Positions 8,357-18,595 of a stretch of 41,254 nt of DNA are shown one piece after another; positions within the stretch are counted from its first letter, which is position 1, and each line of letters opens with the position of its first letter. The position numbers and the translations under genes are program-made. The DNA is taken from the IMG/VR virus record IMGVR_UViG_3300027863_000071, positions 1-41,254 of that record; one strand, given 5' to 3'. Origin of the DNA: a virus. Lineage: Duplodnaviria > Caudoviricetes. The notes under the pieces are model-generated. The model searched no databases, was not told the DNA's origin, and was given only the letters and a program-made list of their open reading frames with translations.

Positions 8357-9601
8357 TTAAAAAGTTATACCTAATTTTCGGCCGGCTTTAATATCTTCAA
8401 CAATCTCATCTAAACCTGTTAGATTTTTCACTATCTGATATACATTTACTTGTTCGCACCGTTGCTTGCATAAATCTACTACTTCATCAATAGAATTGCC
8501 TAAAGCAATAACTGTGCAAAGAGATGCAAGGCCTGGTATTGCATAGTAATCTTTACCAAACTTGCAAGCCACACGCAATTTAATCCATTGCCGCAACGAA
8601 GGGGGAAATGAAATTTTTGTCCAATGCGTATCTACCCAATCAGACTCAAGAGCAACGCCGGCAACGTATTTATACTTCATTATCGGCTGAACTTTTTGGC
8701 CTGTCGCTAAACCATAAATGACCTGCGAGAAATTTTCAATTAACTCTGTTTGTATAGCTGAAACAGCGGGCGCTGCCATCCGGCAAGTTAAATCAATCAA
8801 ATAACCGTGAGTTCTGTCCGGAACAATTGCTTCAGCAGAATAGAAAAATCTTGTTTTTAACGTTTTGAAAACAAGTCCAAATTTATCACTAATCTGTTTT
8901 AGCTGCTTAGGGAATTGATTGTATGGTATTACTGAGCCAATATAGCCAGCGCCTTTCTTCTCATAGCCCAAAACGCACGGCGATAAATTTTCGCCGTCGA
9001 AAACAATACTATCAATGCCAGGCTCAAGACCTTTTATTTCATCTTCTACAATAAATGTCATTGTATCTTGCTTCGGACCTAACTCATATGCAAGATGGTC
9101 TAATAGCGGTTTTGAGCTTTCGTAATCAATATGTTTGATGGTTTCGAGTGTGCCTCTAAAGACATTGAGTTTAACAAACTTATTCTTTTCTGTCATTAAC
9201 AGCTTTCGCAAAGCTTGCAAACCTACTACTTTTTGTGTGGGTTGGTAAGGCAGTTTTAGTTCCTTTTGAATTTGCCTTGCTTTCCATCTGTCTAATTCAA
9301 GTATTTCTGCCCGACCAACGCCAGCAACTAAAAAGCCTTTTCTTTTAAGGAACTCCACTATATCGCCACAATGTGTGTCCGGAATAAAAATCATATCGGC
9401 TTTTTCGACATAGTCCCAGAAATCCAAAATTCGCTCTAATCCATCAAAATCGTGACCAATCAATGCTTTATTGCTATGCGGGAATAAATCCGCCCACGGC
9501 GTAAAATACCAAACTTGCCCAAAATCTTTTGCTAATCTCGCACACTGCTCAGTAAAAAGTCCTATGTCATAGCAAAGCACTTTTTTAGTTTTTAGGTTCA
9601 T
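8357..9601 (-). CDS. ATP-grasp ligase, distantly PurD-like
   Basis: LELDRWKARQ, FVK, FIVEDEIKGLE, LGYEKK, LIDLTCR. Confidence 0.75.
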   Translation of the reverse strand: MNLKTKKVLCYDIGLFTEQCARLAKDFGQVWYFTPWADLFPHSNKALIGHDFDGLERILDFWDYVEKADMIFIPDTHCGDIVEFLKRKGFLVAGVGRAEILELDRWKARQIQKELKLPYQPTQKVVGLQALRKLLMTEKNKFVKLNVFRGTLETIKHIDYESSKPLLDHLAYELGPKQDTMTFIVEDEIKGLEPGIDSIVFDGENLSPCVLGYEKKGAGYIGSVIPYNQFPKQLKQISDKFGLVFKTLKTRFFYSAEAIVPDRTHGYLIDLTCRMAAPAVSAIQTELIENFSQVIYGLATGQKVQPIMKYKYVAGVALESDWVDTHWTKISFPPSLRQWIKLRVACKFGKDYYAIPGLASLCTVIALGNSIDEVVDLCKQRCEQVNVYQIVKNLTGLDEIVEDIKAGRKLGITF

Positions 9602-12600
9602 TTGCCTGTCCTTTGAAATGCCATATCTATGGCTTTTCGATAATTTTTAATCCATTCTCTATGTAATTGCAACGCGGCTTCTCTTTCTTTTACTGGGAAC
9701 TGTTGCAAAAATAAATACATATCTTTTGAGGGAACGCGCCCTAATGGCGCAAACGCCTTCATTGACTCTTCCATACTTTCTCTTATCTGCTGCTTAGGTC
9801 TATCGTCAACTCGTATTTGCTCTGCCAAATAATCGGCGGCGTCGTCTATATCGCCAAAGGTTATTTGCTTAGCGGCAAATTCATAAGGTAATAATGTGGG
9901 ATAACGTGGAGTAACGCCTAAAATGCGTGTTACAACCTTGCCCGCCCGCTTGACAACGGTAGGTCTTTCTTTCTGCTGGGCCCAATCAAATGCCCTATCC
10001 CTCCATCGCTGATATTCGAAAAATTTGTTGTTTTCATTTATAAATAAAGCATCTGCTCTTGCCATTAAACCTTCTAAATCCCGCATAACCGCTATTTCGT
10101 TGCGAAGGAATTTGCGAGTAGCTATAATAGGATGCTTTATATTGCTCGCCCACTCTAATACATTCTTGCCGCTTGCAACGGCAGGACCAAAAAGCCAATT
10201 GCCAACTCCATATGTCATATCCGTCAATATTCCTACTCCAGCACCATCTACAAAGTCATTTAATAAGCCATATACTATGTCAGGCAGATTATGCTTTTCC
10301 GGTCTGTATAATAACTGGGCAAGTAAGGATTGGTCTTGTCCCATAAGCAAATCTCTAATGATGTTATATAATTCACCACCGATAGCTGAGAGCAAAAAGT
10401 ATTTTGCTAAAGGAGCAAAATGACCTTTCATTGCTTCCTTTACAGCTTCTTGATATATCAATCTGGTCTGGTTAATAGCGAATGTCTTAAATTTCAAACC
10501 TAATCTTAGGAAGGGATTGGTCTTCCACGGAATAGGTCGAGACGCAAAATTATTTATGAACTGAGTATCAACAGAAGCTCTATGCATTATCCTTGCATAG
10601 TCTTCTAATGTTAATTGCTTTTCTCCCCTCCAAAGGGCATCCACTTCAGCGTCAGTTATAGGATTGGTAAATGTTCGTTCACGTATAACGCGCCTTAAAT
10701 AATCTTCCGGATTTACAGAGAGATACTTTAAATGAAGAAGTAAATCTTGCAATTTAGTAGCATTTTGTAACTTAGCTAAGTCTTTTATCTTGTCTTCCGC
10801 TGAAAACCTTGCAATCAGCGCCGCTCTAATCTGGTTGCTTGTCTCTGCGGCAGTGAAGAGCTTTAAAGCCTTTTCGCCTTTTGTTGTTTTCTCTAATTCA
10901 GCCATTTCTTTCAGGCCACCAACGGCGCCCGAACGCCGCACTTGTTCATATAATTTTTGCGCTTCTTGCGACCATCTCTTGAATAAAACCATCTCATTTG
11001 CTTTTATATGCGCTCGTAGCGGAGCGGTAAATAGATTTACGTTTCCTTGTGTTAAGTTTCGCACCGCAGATGGCAGTCTAAAACCCAATCGTGCTACAGT
11101 CTCGTAATTATTTATAGCATTTATGGTATTCGTTATCGTTTCTGGCAAATCATTAGACAGACCAAACTCTGTTCGTATCCATTTTTTAAGAGCTTCAGCA
11201 TCTCCTCGTCCGAAATGGGCAGCAATTTCGCCAATCATTTCCCTTGCTTTTATGAAATCTAACCGCCCTGCGTGTTCAGGCAGGATTATTTCACCAAATA
11301 AATTATATTCAGGCGCTACAGGTTCTTCTCCAAAACCAACGCCCCATTGCTTTGCCGCAACTATCATTTTTGCATTGTTTCTTATTTGATATGGAACTAC
11401 CTTAGCTATATCCAATTCAACCATATCTTCCGGAAGCAATGTTCGTGGCCGTTCAAAATAGCCAGCCGTCCCACGCAAATTATGATTATACCAATCAAGC
11501 AATTGAGATAGCGCTTCTTGCGGCGTCTCAGCTTTGCCCTCTGCTACCATTCGCTCTGCTGTGGACATAACTTTAGGGTCGCCTAATCCCTTTTGCATTG
11601 CTCTATTTATTATATCGCGTCCTCTATCGTTTAAGTGTTGCGGAAACCAGCCGCCAGTGCCTTTTAGATGATGCCATTGGTCGCCTAACAGTCGCCTATA
11701 ACCAGCGGCGTCGGCGTCAGCCATATCTACATCCATAAATTCCAATAAACGTTGATTTATTTGCTCTAATTTAGGACTAATTTTCCGCAATCTCAATTGA
11801 CCGGCGCGCCCAAGCTCTATTCGTTCAGCTTCAGTTAGCCCTTTAATAATGTCTTCAAAATCTCTTATACGGTTAGCTGCGCGGTTATCAGCTTGAAAAA
11901 CTATTTCTCTGGTATCACGAGCAAGTGTCTGGCCAGCAGGTATTCGACCGTAATGTTTTTCAATTGTATCAGCGGCTCGGCCTGTATAGAAGTCTGCTAT
12001 TTTAGGTATTGCTTTAATTCCATTCAATTTATCTGTCAAGTATGTTCGCACTTCTTGAAGGGTTTTGTGGGCGGTAAATACATTTATTTGCTGTGAAGGC
12101 GTAACTGGCGGCGACTCTGCTGGCGGGACTGCTATTGGAGGTTTAGGAGGGGCTTCTGAAGGTCTAATTGCCGCTTCCGCTGCAAGTGGCTCTGTAGGGG
12201 CAACTGCCTGTGGTGGCGTTACTTTAGATAAGCCCATATACTTGTTTCTCACGCGCTCCCAGTCAGTTCTATCGCCTGTTGTTCGATATTTATCGAGCGC
12301 CGCTTGAATTTCTTCTCTTGCCGCTCTTCTTGCCGCCTCTCTACTTTCGGGCGGTAGCTTAGATAATTGTATGTCCGTGCCTGCCCTGTAGCTTTTTATA
12401 AAATCTGTTAACTTTTGTAAGCCAACTTCGCCAGCGCCAAAAACAGCGCCCAATCCACCTTCAAACCAAATACCTTCAAGCTCAATCGGGTCATTTTTAA
12501 CAAACTTATCTGCAAGTTCTTCTGCCGCTCTACGAGTAGCGAAAGTAAGACCAGTGCCTAATATCTTCTTTAATGCCGCTCTTGCGGCAATTCTGTGAAC

Positions 12601-13131
12601 AAGCTCGCCTGTTATCCCGCCCGCCGTTTGCAGTCCGCCCAGAAACGCTACGGCATCAGCGGATTTAATTTCCTTTTCTGTAGGCTTAAATCCAGTTAGT
12701 TTATTTACAGCCTCAGCCAATGATTTATATGGTGAAACAGCGCCTACAATTATATCGGGAACGTATAGACCTAATTGAGATAATGATTTAGCACCGTAAA
12801 ACCCGCCAGCCCCAACAATCGTGCTAAGTGGTTTTTCTTCCCGAAAAGTTTCGCCATAAATAGGCGGCTCAAATAATCCCGTTTTTCCCCTGATGTATTC
12901 CCTCGCACGCCCGATAACGCGGCCTATTGCAGTTTCGGGTGGAGCAGCCTCTAATTGCGGCTGTTCTGAAATAGGCTCAATAGTTTCAAATGGTTCTACT
13001 TGATGAGGTTTAATAGCTTCAAATGGTTCTACAGCCGTAGGGGCAACAGCCTCCGTAGCAGTAATAGGAGGTCTTGCCGCTGGTATAGGTTCAATATCTT
13101 CAAACGCTTCTACCGCCATTTCGATATCCAT
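9598..13131 (-). CDS. Large internal virion / DNA-ejection protein
   Basis: 1177 aa, helical; SAVRNLTQ, DTQF and LKFKTFAINQ motifs typical of podophage ejection proteins; follows the tail genes. Confidence 0.7.
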   Translation of the reverse strand: MDIEMAVEAFEDIEPIPAARPPITATEAVAPTAVEPFEAIKPHQVEPFETIEPISEQPQLEAAPPETAIGRVIGRAREYIRGKTGLFEPPIYGETFREEKPLSTIVGAGGFYGAKSLSQLGLYVPDIIVGAVSPYKSLAEAVNKLTGFKPTEKEIKSADAVAFLGGLQTAGGITGELVHRIAARAALKKILGTGLTFATRRAAEELADKFVKNDPIELEGIWFEGGLGAVFGAGEVGLQKLTDFIKSYRAGTDIQLSKLPPESREAARRAAREEIQAALDKYRTTGDRTDWERVRNKYMGLSKVTPPQAVAPTEPLAAEAAIRPSEAPPKPPIAVPPAESPPVTPSQQINVFTAHKTLQEVRTYLTDKLNGIKAIPKIADFYTGRAADTIEKHYGRIPAGQTLARDTREIVFQADNRAANRIRDFEDIIKGLTEAERIELGRAGQLRLRKISPKLEQINQRLLEFMDVDMADADAAGYRRLLGDQWHHLKGTGGWFPQHLNDRGRDIINRAMQKGLGDPKVMSTAERMVAEGKAETPQEALSQLLDWYNHNLRGTAGYFERPRTLLPEDMVELDIAKVVPYQIRNNAKMIVAAKQWGVGFGEEPVAPEYNLFGEIILPEHAGRLDFIKAREMIGEIAAHFGRGDAEALKKWIRTEFGLSNDLPETITNTINAINNYETVARLGFRLPSAVRNLTQGNVNLFTAPLRAHIKANEMVLFKRWSQEAQKLYEQVRRSGAVGGLKEMAELEKTTKGEKALKLFTAAETSNQIRAALIARFSAEDKIKDLAKLQNATKLQDLLLHLKYLSVNPEDYLRRVIRERTFTNPITDAEVDALWRGEKQLTLEDYARIMHRASVDTQFINNFASRPIPWKTNPFLRLGLKFKTFAINQTRLIYQEAVKEAMKGHFAPLAKYFLLSAIGGELYNIIRDLLMGQDQSLLAQLLYRPEKHNLPDIVYGLLNDFVDGAGVGILTDMTYGVGNWLFGPAVASGKNVLEWASNIKHPIIATRKFLRNEIAVMRDLEGLMARADALFINENNKFFEYQRWRDRAFDWAQQKERPTVVKRAGKVVTRILGVTPRYPTLLPYEFAAKQITFGDIDDAADYLAEQIRVDDRPKQQIRESMEESMKAFAPLGRVPSKDMYLFLQQFPVKEREAALQLHREWIKNYRKAIDMAFQRTGK

Positions 13132-14057
13132 TTATCATAATATTGCCTTGCTAACTCCGGATTTTCTGCTTTCAATTTTCCTACTGAAAGCCTGAATGCC
13201 TCATAAGTTGGTGGTTCAGGTAGCCCTGCCACGAGCGCCGCTGGAGTTGTTCCTACAGTCGCAGGAATGTTCGCAGCCGCTGCAGGTGTTGTTGCTGGTG
13301 TTGTTGCTGGCGGGGTTGTAGGCGAAGGAGCGGCTTCTTCACCCGCCCAAGGCCACAATCTCTTTATCTTTTGCCATATTGACGGTTGCGGTGGAGCTGT
13401 CGGCTCTGGCGGCACACCCGCTGGTGTTAGAGGAGCAAAGCCCGCTTGTTCTCTTTTTGTTATAATGTTAACGGCTTCCGGATATTTAGTTGCAAAATCA
13501 GGCCCAAGCCGACTTGCAGCGTAGGCTATCGCCGATGGTCTATCTATTATGTTACGCGTATCGGTAGCCAACGCCCCCAGCGTTTCCTGAACGTGAGCTG
13601 GTGTAAATATTGGCTTTGCCTCTTGCGGCGCTATCGCTGGCGGTATATATTTTTGAGCAATTGGCAATTTTGTTTCTGCTTGCAGTAACCATAGCTGTTT
13701 TTCTTTATCACTTAATAAATCAGAGTCCATTATTGCCTTTTTTTTAATCTCAAACTCTTCTAATTCTTGGCTTCTTCTGCGCTCTTCTTTTTCGAAGTCC
13801 AATCTTGAACGCAACGCCATTTTCTCTAAGTCCCAAGCGTGAGCGGCATTAGCTCTTTCAATATCCCATTTATAAGACAACAATTTTAGCTGTCTATTAA
13901 GTTCCGCTTGTTCTGCAGCCTCTTCCATTCTTTGCTGTGCCAGCACCGTCTCTTGTGTTCGCTGAGCTTCTCTTTCCGCGGCAGCGGCACGCCCAGCGGC
14001 GGCAGCAGCGGGGGCATAAACTAAAGGCAATACCGATGGTTCAACTCTAATAGCCAT
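13110..14057 (-). CDS. Internal virion / ejection protein
   Basis: Ala-rich N-terminus, coiled coil, Pro/Thr linker; position. Confidence 0.6.
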   Translation of the reverse strand: MAIRVEPSVLPLVYAPAAAAAGRAAAAEREAQRTQETVLAQQRMEEAAEQAELNRQLKLLSYKWDIERANAAHAWDLEKMALRSRLDFEKEERRRSQELEEFEIKKKAIMDSDLLSDKEKQLWLLQAETKLPIAQKYIPPAIAPQEAKPIFTPAHVQETLGALATDTRNIIDRPSAIAYAASRLGPDFATKYPEAVNIITKREQAGFAPLTPAGVPPEPTAPPQPSIWQKIKRLWPWAGEEAAPSPTTPPATTPATTPAAAANIPATVGTTPAALVAGLPEPPTYEAFRLSVGKLKAENPELARQYYDKWISKWR

Positions 14058-14075
14058 TGTAATATCCTTTATTTA

Positions 14076-14297
14076 TCACAATTTGTTAATCAACCATTTG
14101 CCAAACGCAACTATTGCGCCACCAATACTGGCAATGCTGATAGTTTTGACTGCACCATATTTTCTTGCCTCGCACTCATTAGCGTGGGCATTTATTTTTT
14201 CATCTATACGGCCAAGGATTTTAGATTCATACTGGTCTAATGTTTCCCTAACAATCATCTTAACTATCGCTCTTGTGCCGTCGTTAAACTCCGTCAT
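14076..14297 (-). CDS. Small protein with a C-terminal TM helix (holin-like candidate)
   Basis: 73 aa; C-terminal ISIASIGGAIVAFGKWL; GGAG RBS. Confidence 0.55.
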   Translation of the reverse strand: MTEFNDGTRAIVKMIVRETLDQYESKILGRIDEKINAHANECEARKYGAVKTISIASIGGAIVAFGKWLINKL

Positions 14298-14306
14298 TAT
14301 AAGCTC

Positions 14307-16463
14307 CTAATCTAAGGCCACTATTCTTAAGGCATTATCATAAACTTCTAATTTATAATGTTTCCCAGTCCCGCCTTGGTCTTTTAAAATAACACCCTTA
14401 TAAGCTTTAAATGGACTTCCTATTTCTCCCAAATAATAAGTATTATCTGTATCAGGTAGAATTGTTTTAGCCACCGTCGTTGCATTCAAATCCACACTCA
14501 CATCCGCCGTCAAATCAAGGTGTCCGTCGTCAAGAGAGGCAATATGTATATCAGTATCCCTAAAATAAGTTTTAGCTGTAGTAGATGCTAAAAATACATC
14601 TCCCGCTACATTGTAAATTGCCCAATTCGTTGTTCCACCTGTTGCCTTAAAATATCCGCCATAAGTTACACCGTCAACCGGAGTAGGTAAGGTAGGCCAG
14701 TTATCATTGCCAATATGAGCAACAAAAACACCTCCATAAGCTGTATCGGCAGTAGCTGTTGAATCACGTGTTATCCCAGCAAATATTCCACCAGCATATT
14801 GCAATCTAAGCGAACCGCCACCAGAAATGCTTATCGAAGGTAAAGCATTGCATCCTCCAACAAAGTAACCACCAACGAAATCAAGGGTATTAGCACCACT
14901 ATTAGTTATAGTGATAGAACTTGCCCCATTGATACTTTGAAAATATCCACCTTCCCAATCTGCTATAACACTTCTTGTCGTTGAATTACTAAACGCCCCA
15001 CTAAAGGTAGTAGCCGAAAAATTGCCTCTAAAAACGCTTCTAGATGGCGAAGTAAGACCGCCAATAATGGCTATATCTCCAGTATAAAGTAAATTACCTC
15101 CGTCAGCGTTTATTTGTTTTCCATTACCGAAACTATTGGATATGCCACTAAAGTCATAGTCCCACGTTAAAGACCTTACAAAACCGAAACCTTGACTTAC
15201 CATACTTGAGCCGGAGCCGGTTATCTTTCGTTTCGTCTCAAAGGCTGTAAAATTACCGCTCGACCAAGTATATGGATTAGTATCACCATCAATGCTTAAA
15301 CCCATTACATCAGTAGAAGTCATCGTATTAGTTAATAGACCAGCTAAAGTAAGATGCCTTGTCGAAGTTAATCCGCCTGCGGTCAACGTCGTTCCGTTAA
15401 AGAGCAGATTATTACTATCGACAAGCTGCCCGCCAGTTGTGGCATAAGTCACTCGACCAGAGGTTAGACTGCTTACAGTTAGAGATGTCCCTGCTATCGC
15501 CCCTGTTGTTGTTAGATTTCTTGTCCCTAAATCAACATTAGTTGTTGCTCCTGTATAAGGGACATAAGTTGATGAAGCGGTTGACGGAGTTAAATAATCG
15601 GTATCTGCTACCGCCGTTTCTAAAACACCAGCTGTTCGCTTCAACAGTCCCGTTGCCGAACCTATTGTTAGCCCAGCAAACGTCGGAGTAGAAGAAGTGC
15701 CAATATCTTGTATAGTATTAAGCTGATTAGAAGTAAGCTTTAGGTTAGCAGTATCATAGGATAAACCTAAAGTATCATCGCTTAAAGTAATAGGGCTGGA
15801 AACCGCCAAATTAGTATCGCTGGAAATGTCTATAGTCGAAGTTCCTACTACTCCTCCTGTCGCCTTCAAAAAACCCCCAAAACCAGTCAAAGTCAATCCC
15901 GCAAACGTAGGGCTATCTGTTGCCTTTAAACCATCTACCGCCGCCTGATTAAGTGTTTGCCAAGTTTTATCGCCCCGCCAGTATTGAGCTGATGTGCCGC
16001 CAGTAATCGGCGGCTCATACTCGCCAAAATCTACTACTTGACTTTTAGTAATACTAATACCTGTGGACTTGTCCCAAGCAGTAAATATGGGGTCAGTTTC
16101 TGTCATAATTACCTCTGCCCATATTAAATTAGTACCATTAAAAGATAAAAACTTATTCGTCTCTGGCGTTGGTAATAACGGCTGATACGTTGATGCAGCA
16201 GTAGAAGGAGTTAAATAATCGGTATCCGCCAAAGCCTCCTGCACAACACCATTATTATTAACTTTCAAAATAACATTAGATAAATTTAATGTCAGATTCC
16301 CAGATATTGTAGCATTACCACTTATAGCCAAGCCACCTCGCAATGTTATACTATCAAAGATAGGCGATGCCCCATAGCCAAGCCTTTGGTCAGAGGCCAA
16401 TAGCTGAATAGCTTTACGAACACTACCCCAATCACCATCGCTAATTGTAGGAACTAAAGGCAT
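14307..16463 (-). CDS. Tail fibre protein
   Basis: 718 aa, Gly/Thr/Ser-rich; repeated PTFAGLT and ADTDYLTPSTAxSTY; ETDPIF; YVPYTGATTNVDLG; GGYF repeats distally. Confidence 0.85.
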   Translation of the reverse strand: MPLVPTISDGDWGSVRKAIQLLASDQRLGYGASPIFDSITLRGGLAISGNATISGNLTLNLSNVILKVNNNGVVQEALADTDYLTPSTAASTYQPLLPTPETNKFLSFNGTNLIWAEVIMTETDPIFTAWDKSTGISITKSQVVDFGEYEPPITGGTSAQYWRGDKTWQTLNQAAVDGLKATDSPTFAGLTLTGFGGFLKATGGVVGTSTIDISSDTNLAVSSPITLSDDTLGLSYDTANLKLTSNQLNTIQDIGTSSTPTFAGLTIGSATGLLKRTAGVLETAVADTDYLTPSTASSTYVPYTGATTNVDLGTRNLTTTGAIAGTSLTVSSLTSGRVTYATTGGQLVDSNNLLFNGTTLTAGGLTSTRHLTLAGLLTNTMTSTDVMGLSIDGDTNPYTWSSGNFTAFETKRKITGSGSSMVSQGFGFVRSLTWDYDFSGISNSFGNGKQINADGGNLLYTGDIAIIGGLTSPSRSVFRGNFSATTFSGAFSNSTTRSVIADWEGGYFQSINGASSITITNSGANTLDFVGGYFVGGCNALPSISISGGGSLRLQYAGGIFAGITRDSTATADTAYGGVFVAHIGNDNWPTLPTPVDGVTYGGYFKATGGTTNWAIYNVAGDVFLASTTAKTYFRDTDIHIASLDDGHLDLTADVSVDLNATTVAKTILPDTDNTYYLGEIGSPFKAYKGVILKDQGGTGKHYKLEVYDNALRIVALD

Positions 16464-16465
16464 AG

Positions 16466-17023
16466 TTAAAACGGATAGGCTCCAAACAAACCCGTACTAA
16501 ACGGTTGGCCAAAAACGGTATAACCAGCAGGCATAGTAGATGTCGGCCTTGCAGCCGCTTGTCGCTGAAGCTCAGATAATAAAGTATAGCTCGGATAAAC
16601 GTCTTCTCTCCGTTCAATAGCGCCAGCCAGTCCTCGTTGCGTCTCGCTAAGTCTCTCCATTGCAATATCTTCAAGCTTCATACGTTGCGGCGCGCCTATC
16701 TCTCTTTCCCACGTTTGTGCCGCTGTTGCTGGTATTGTTGTACCATACAGACCCGAACGCACAGATTGCGCTAGCGCAGAAGCAACGTCCCTACCTTTTG
16801 CCGCTTCAAGTTCCGCCCTTGCACCTGTTAAAAACTGTCCACCAGGCCGGTATCTTGCAATGATATCCTTATAAAGGTCTCGGATTTGCTTGTACCGTTC
16901 AAGATTAGCCTGTCTTGCCTCTTCGGCCGCAGTAAGAGTATAATCTATTCGACCAGTTGCAGGATTTATAACATATCGCTTACTGCCAACTTTAATTGTT
17001 TGATATTGACCCCAATCAGCCAT
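16466..17023 (-). CDS. Internal virion (pilot/ejection) protein
   Basis: AAGGAGG RBS before ATG 17023 (MADWGQ); helical with an RSGLYGT motif; directly after the nozzle. Confidence 0.6.
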   Translation of the reverse strand: MADWGQYQTIKVGSKRYVINPATGRIDYTLTAAEEARQANLERYKQIRDLYKDIIARYRPGGQFLTGARAELEAAKGRDVASALAQSVRSGLYGTTIPATAAQTWEREIGAPQRMKLEDIAMERLSETQRGLAGAIERREDVYPSYTLLSELQRQAAARPTSTMPAGYTVFGQPFSTGLFGAYPF

Positions 17024-17036
17024 TATTAGCCTCCTT

Positions 17037-18593
17037 TTACTTAATTCTGCCCGCGGGCTGGACATCCGCCGTAACTTTTTCTATTGCCCACGTCTTACCT
17101 GCTGTTTCATTGTAAAACTTTAAGCTAAAATAACCACCTTTTAATCTTTTCCTTATTCTATATTGACGCCCTACTGTACTAATAGTACCAGTTTCTTGCG
17201 GCTGAGAATTGTCTATTAAATCCTCCCACGCTTCTTCAGCATTATTTGCCCTACGAAGTTCATAATTTACACTGTCTGTATCGGCGAAAGCCCCTCCGGT
17301 TGCCCCGCCTGCCGTCGTTATAGTTATCGAATTTACTCGCCCAGCTTTATCCTCCGTGTCGCCAAGAGCCTGAACCATCCCTACATAAGAATTTATTGGT
17401 CTATTGCCCGTACCAGGCTCATCACTAATAACATTATCCGCTTTTAATGAATCATTAAATTTACGCACAAAGCCATCTTGACAACCTATAAGTAAATCTG
17501 AGTATTCCTCTTCATTTGCTTGATAATTAAATATAGAATAAGCAGATGATGAAATTGGATAAGTCTCAGGGAAAAACCCTTGCGTTCGCAAATCATACCA
17601 GTAATTTGAATTTACGCCGTCTGCGAGCCTCGTTATGCAGATTAAAATACCCAGTCTTTTACGGTCATAGCCCATTATAATCTTATGTGTTGAAGGACTA
17701 ACATTTTCGTCTCTTACAATGTTAGGCAACAATAATCCGGTAATAAGTTCAGGCTTTGTAATCATACCCCCTTCTATTCCGCACGCATATATACCTCCGG
17801 AACCCCAGAAATACAGAGTTCCTTTGCTGTCTATGCACCAAGAATCAGCCCCATATATCCCAACGGTTAAATCAAAAGAATCAATAGTGCCGCCGCTGGC
17901 GGGGTCGCCACGCAAATACCACATACTGGTCGCACATCCAAAAATCAGAATATCATCTTTATACGGTATCAATGCCCTGATAACATCCCCTATTTGACCT
18001 GCATTCGCTTGCTGACCAGCAACGGCAGTCATAGCATCAGTAGCTGAGTAATTCCAATCCCACGGGTTAGCAATACGAGACATATACCATTGATGTGGAT
18101 AAATAGGATTACCCGATAAAACACAACGGCCACGATATAAACAGCCCAAATAAGCCTTTTCTGGCATCTTGCCATAATTATTTTCATCGCCTGTATAAAC
18201 TGTCCATTTATACCAATGTGGTTTATCAGTAACAGCAGTAGGAGTAAACGAACTTCCCGACCCGCTACCATTTACTGTATTAGTAGTATTAAATGCCGTT
18301 GCTCCACCACTGTAAAAAGCAAAACCATACGTATGAGTTTTTGTGCTATCTGTGTAGTCAACTACCATATAAGCATACTTACCACCACCTTGATTTTGTG
18401 TTAAAAGGTCGCCGTTGGCGTGAGGGGTGCCTAACTGAGTGTGAGTAAGTTTAGTATTAGTAAAATCAGCCACGTATAAATTAGCGCCATTAACCACAAA
18501 AACCTTCTGAAAAGCCTCAAATAGTTGTATCTGGTCAGAAGTATTTATCTGGCCACGAGCAGCTACAAGTTCAACCATCGTTCCGCTTGCCAT
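17037..18593 (-). CDS. Tail nozzle / tubular protein B (P22 gp10-like beta-propeller), main body lacking its N-terminus
   Basis: LYRGRCVLSG, WYMSRI, GDVIRALIPYKDDILIFGC, YWYDLRTQGFFP; C-terminal RIRKRLKGGYFSLKF...WAIEKV. Confidence 0.8.
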   Translation of the reverse strand: MASGTMVELVAARGQINTSDQIQLFEAFQKVFVVNGANLYVADFTNTKLTHTQLGTPHANGDLLTQNQGGGKYAYMVVDYTDSTKTHTYGFAFYSGGATAFNTTNTVNGSGSGSSFTPTAVTDKPHWYKWTVYTGDENNYGKMPEKAYLGCLYRGRCVLSGNPIYPHQWYMSRIANPWDWNYSATDAMTAVAGQQANAGQIGDVIRALIPYKDDILIFGCATSMWYLRGDPASGGTIDSFDLTVGIYGADSWCIDSKGTLYFWGSGGIYACGIEGGMITKPELITGLLLPNIVRDENVSPSTHKIIMGYDRKRLGILICITRLADGVNSNYWYDLRTQGFFPETYPISSSAYSIFNYQANEEEYSDLLIGCQDGFVRKFNDSLKADNVISDEPGTGNRPINSYVGMVQALGDTEDKAGRVNSITITTAGGATGGAFADTDSVNYELRRANNAEEAWEDLIDNSQPQETGTISTVGRQYRIRKRLKGGYFSLKFYNETAGKTWAIEKVTADVQPAGRIK

Positions 18594-18595
18594 AA

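Noticed and set aside
8357-9601. Assigning purD as an auxiliary metabolic gene
   Set aside because: Lacks the PurD N-terminal GSGGREH motif; only the ATP-grasp fold is supported.
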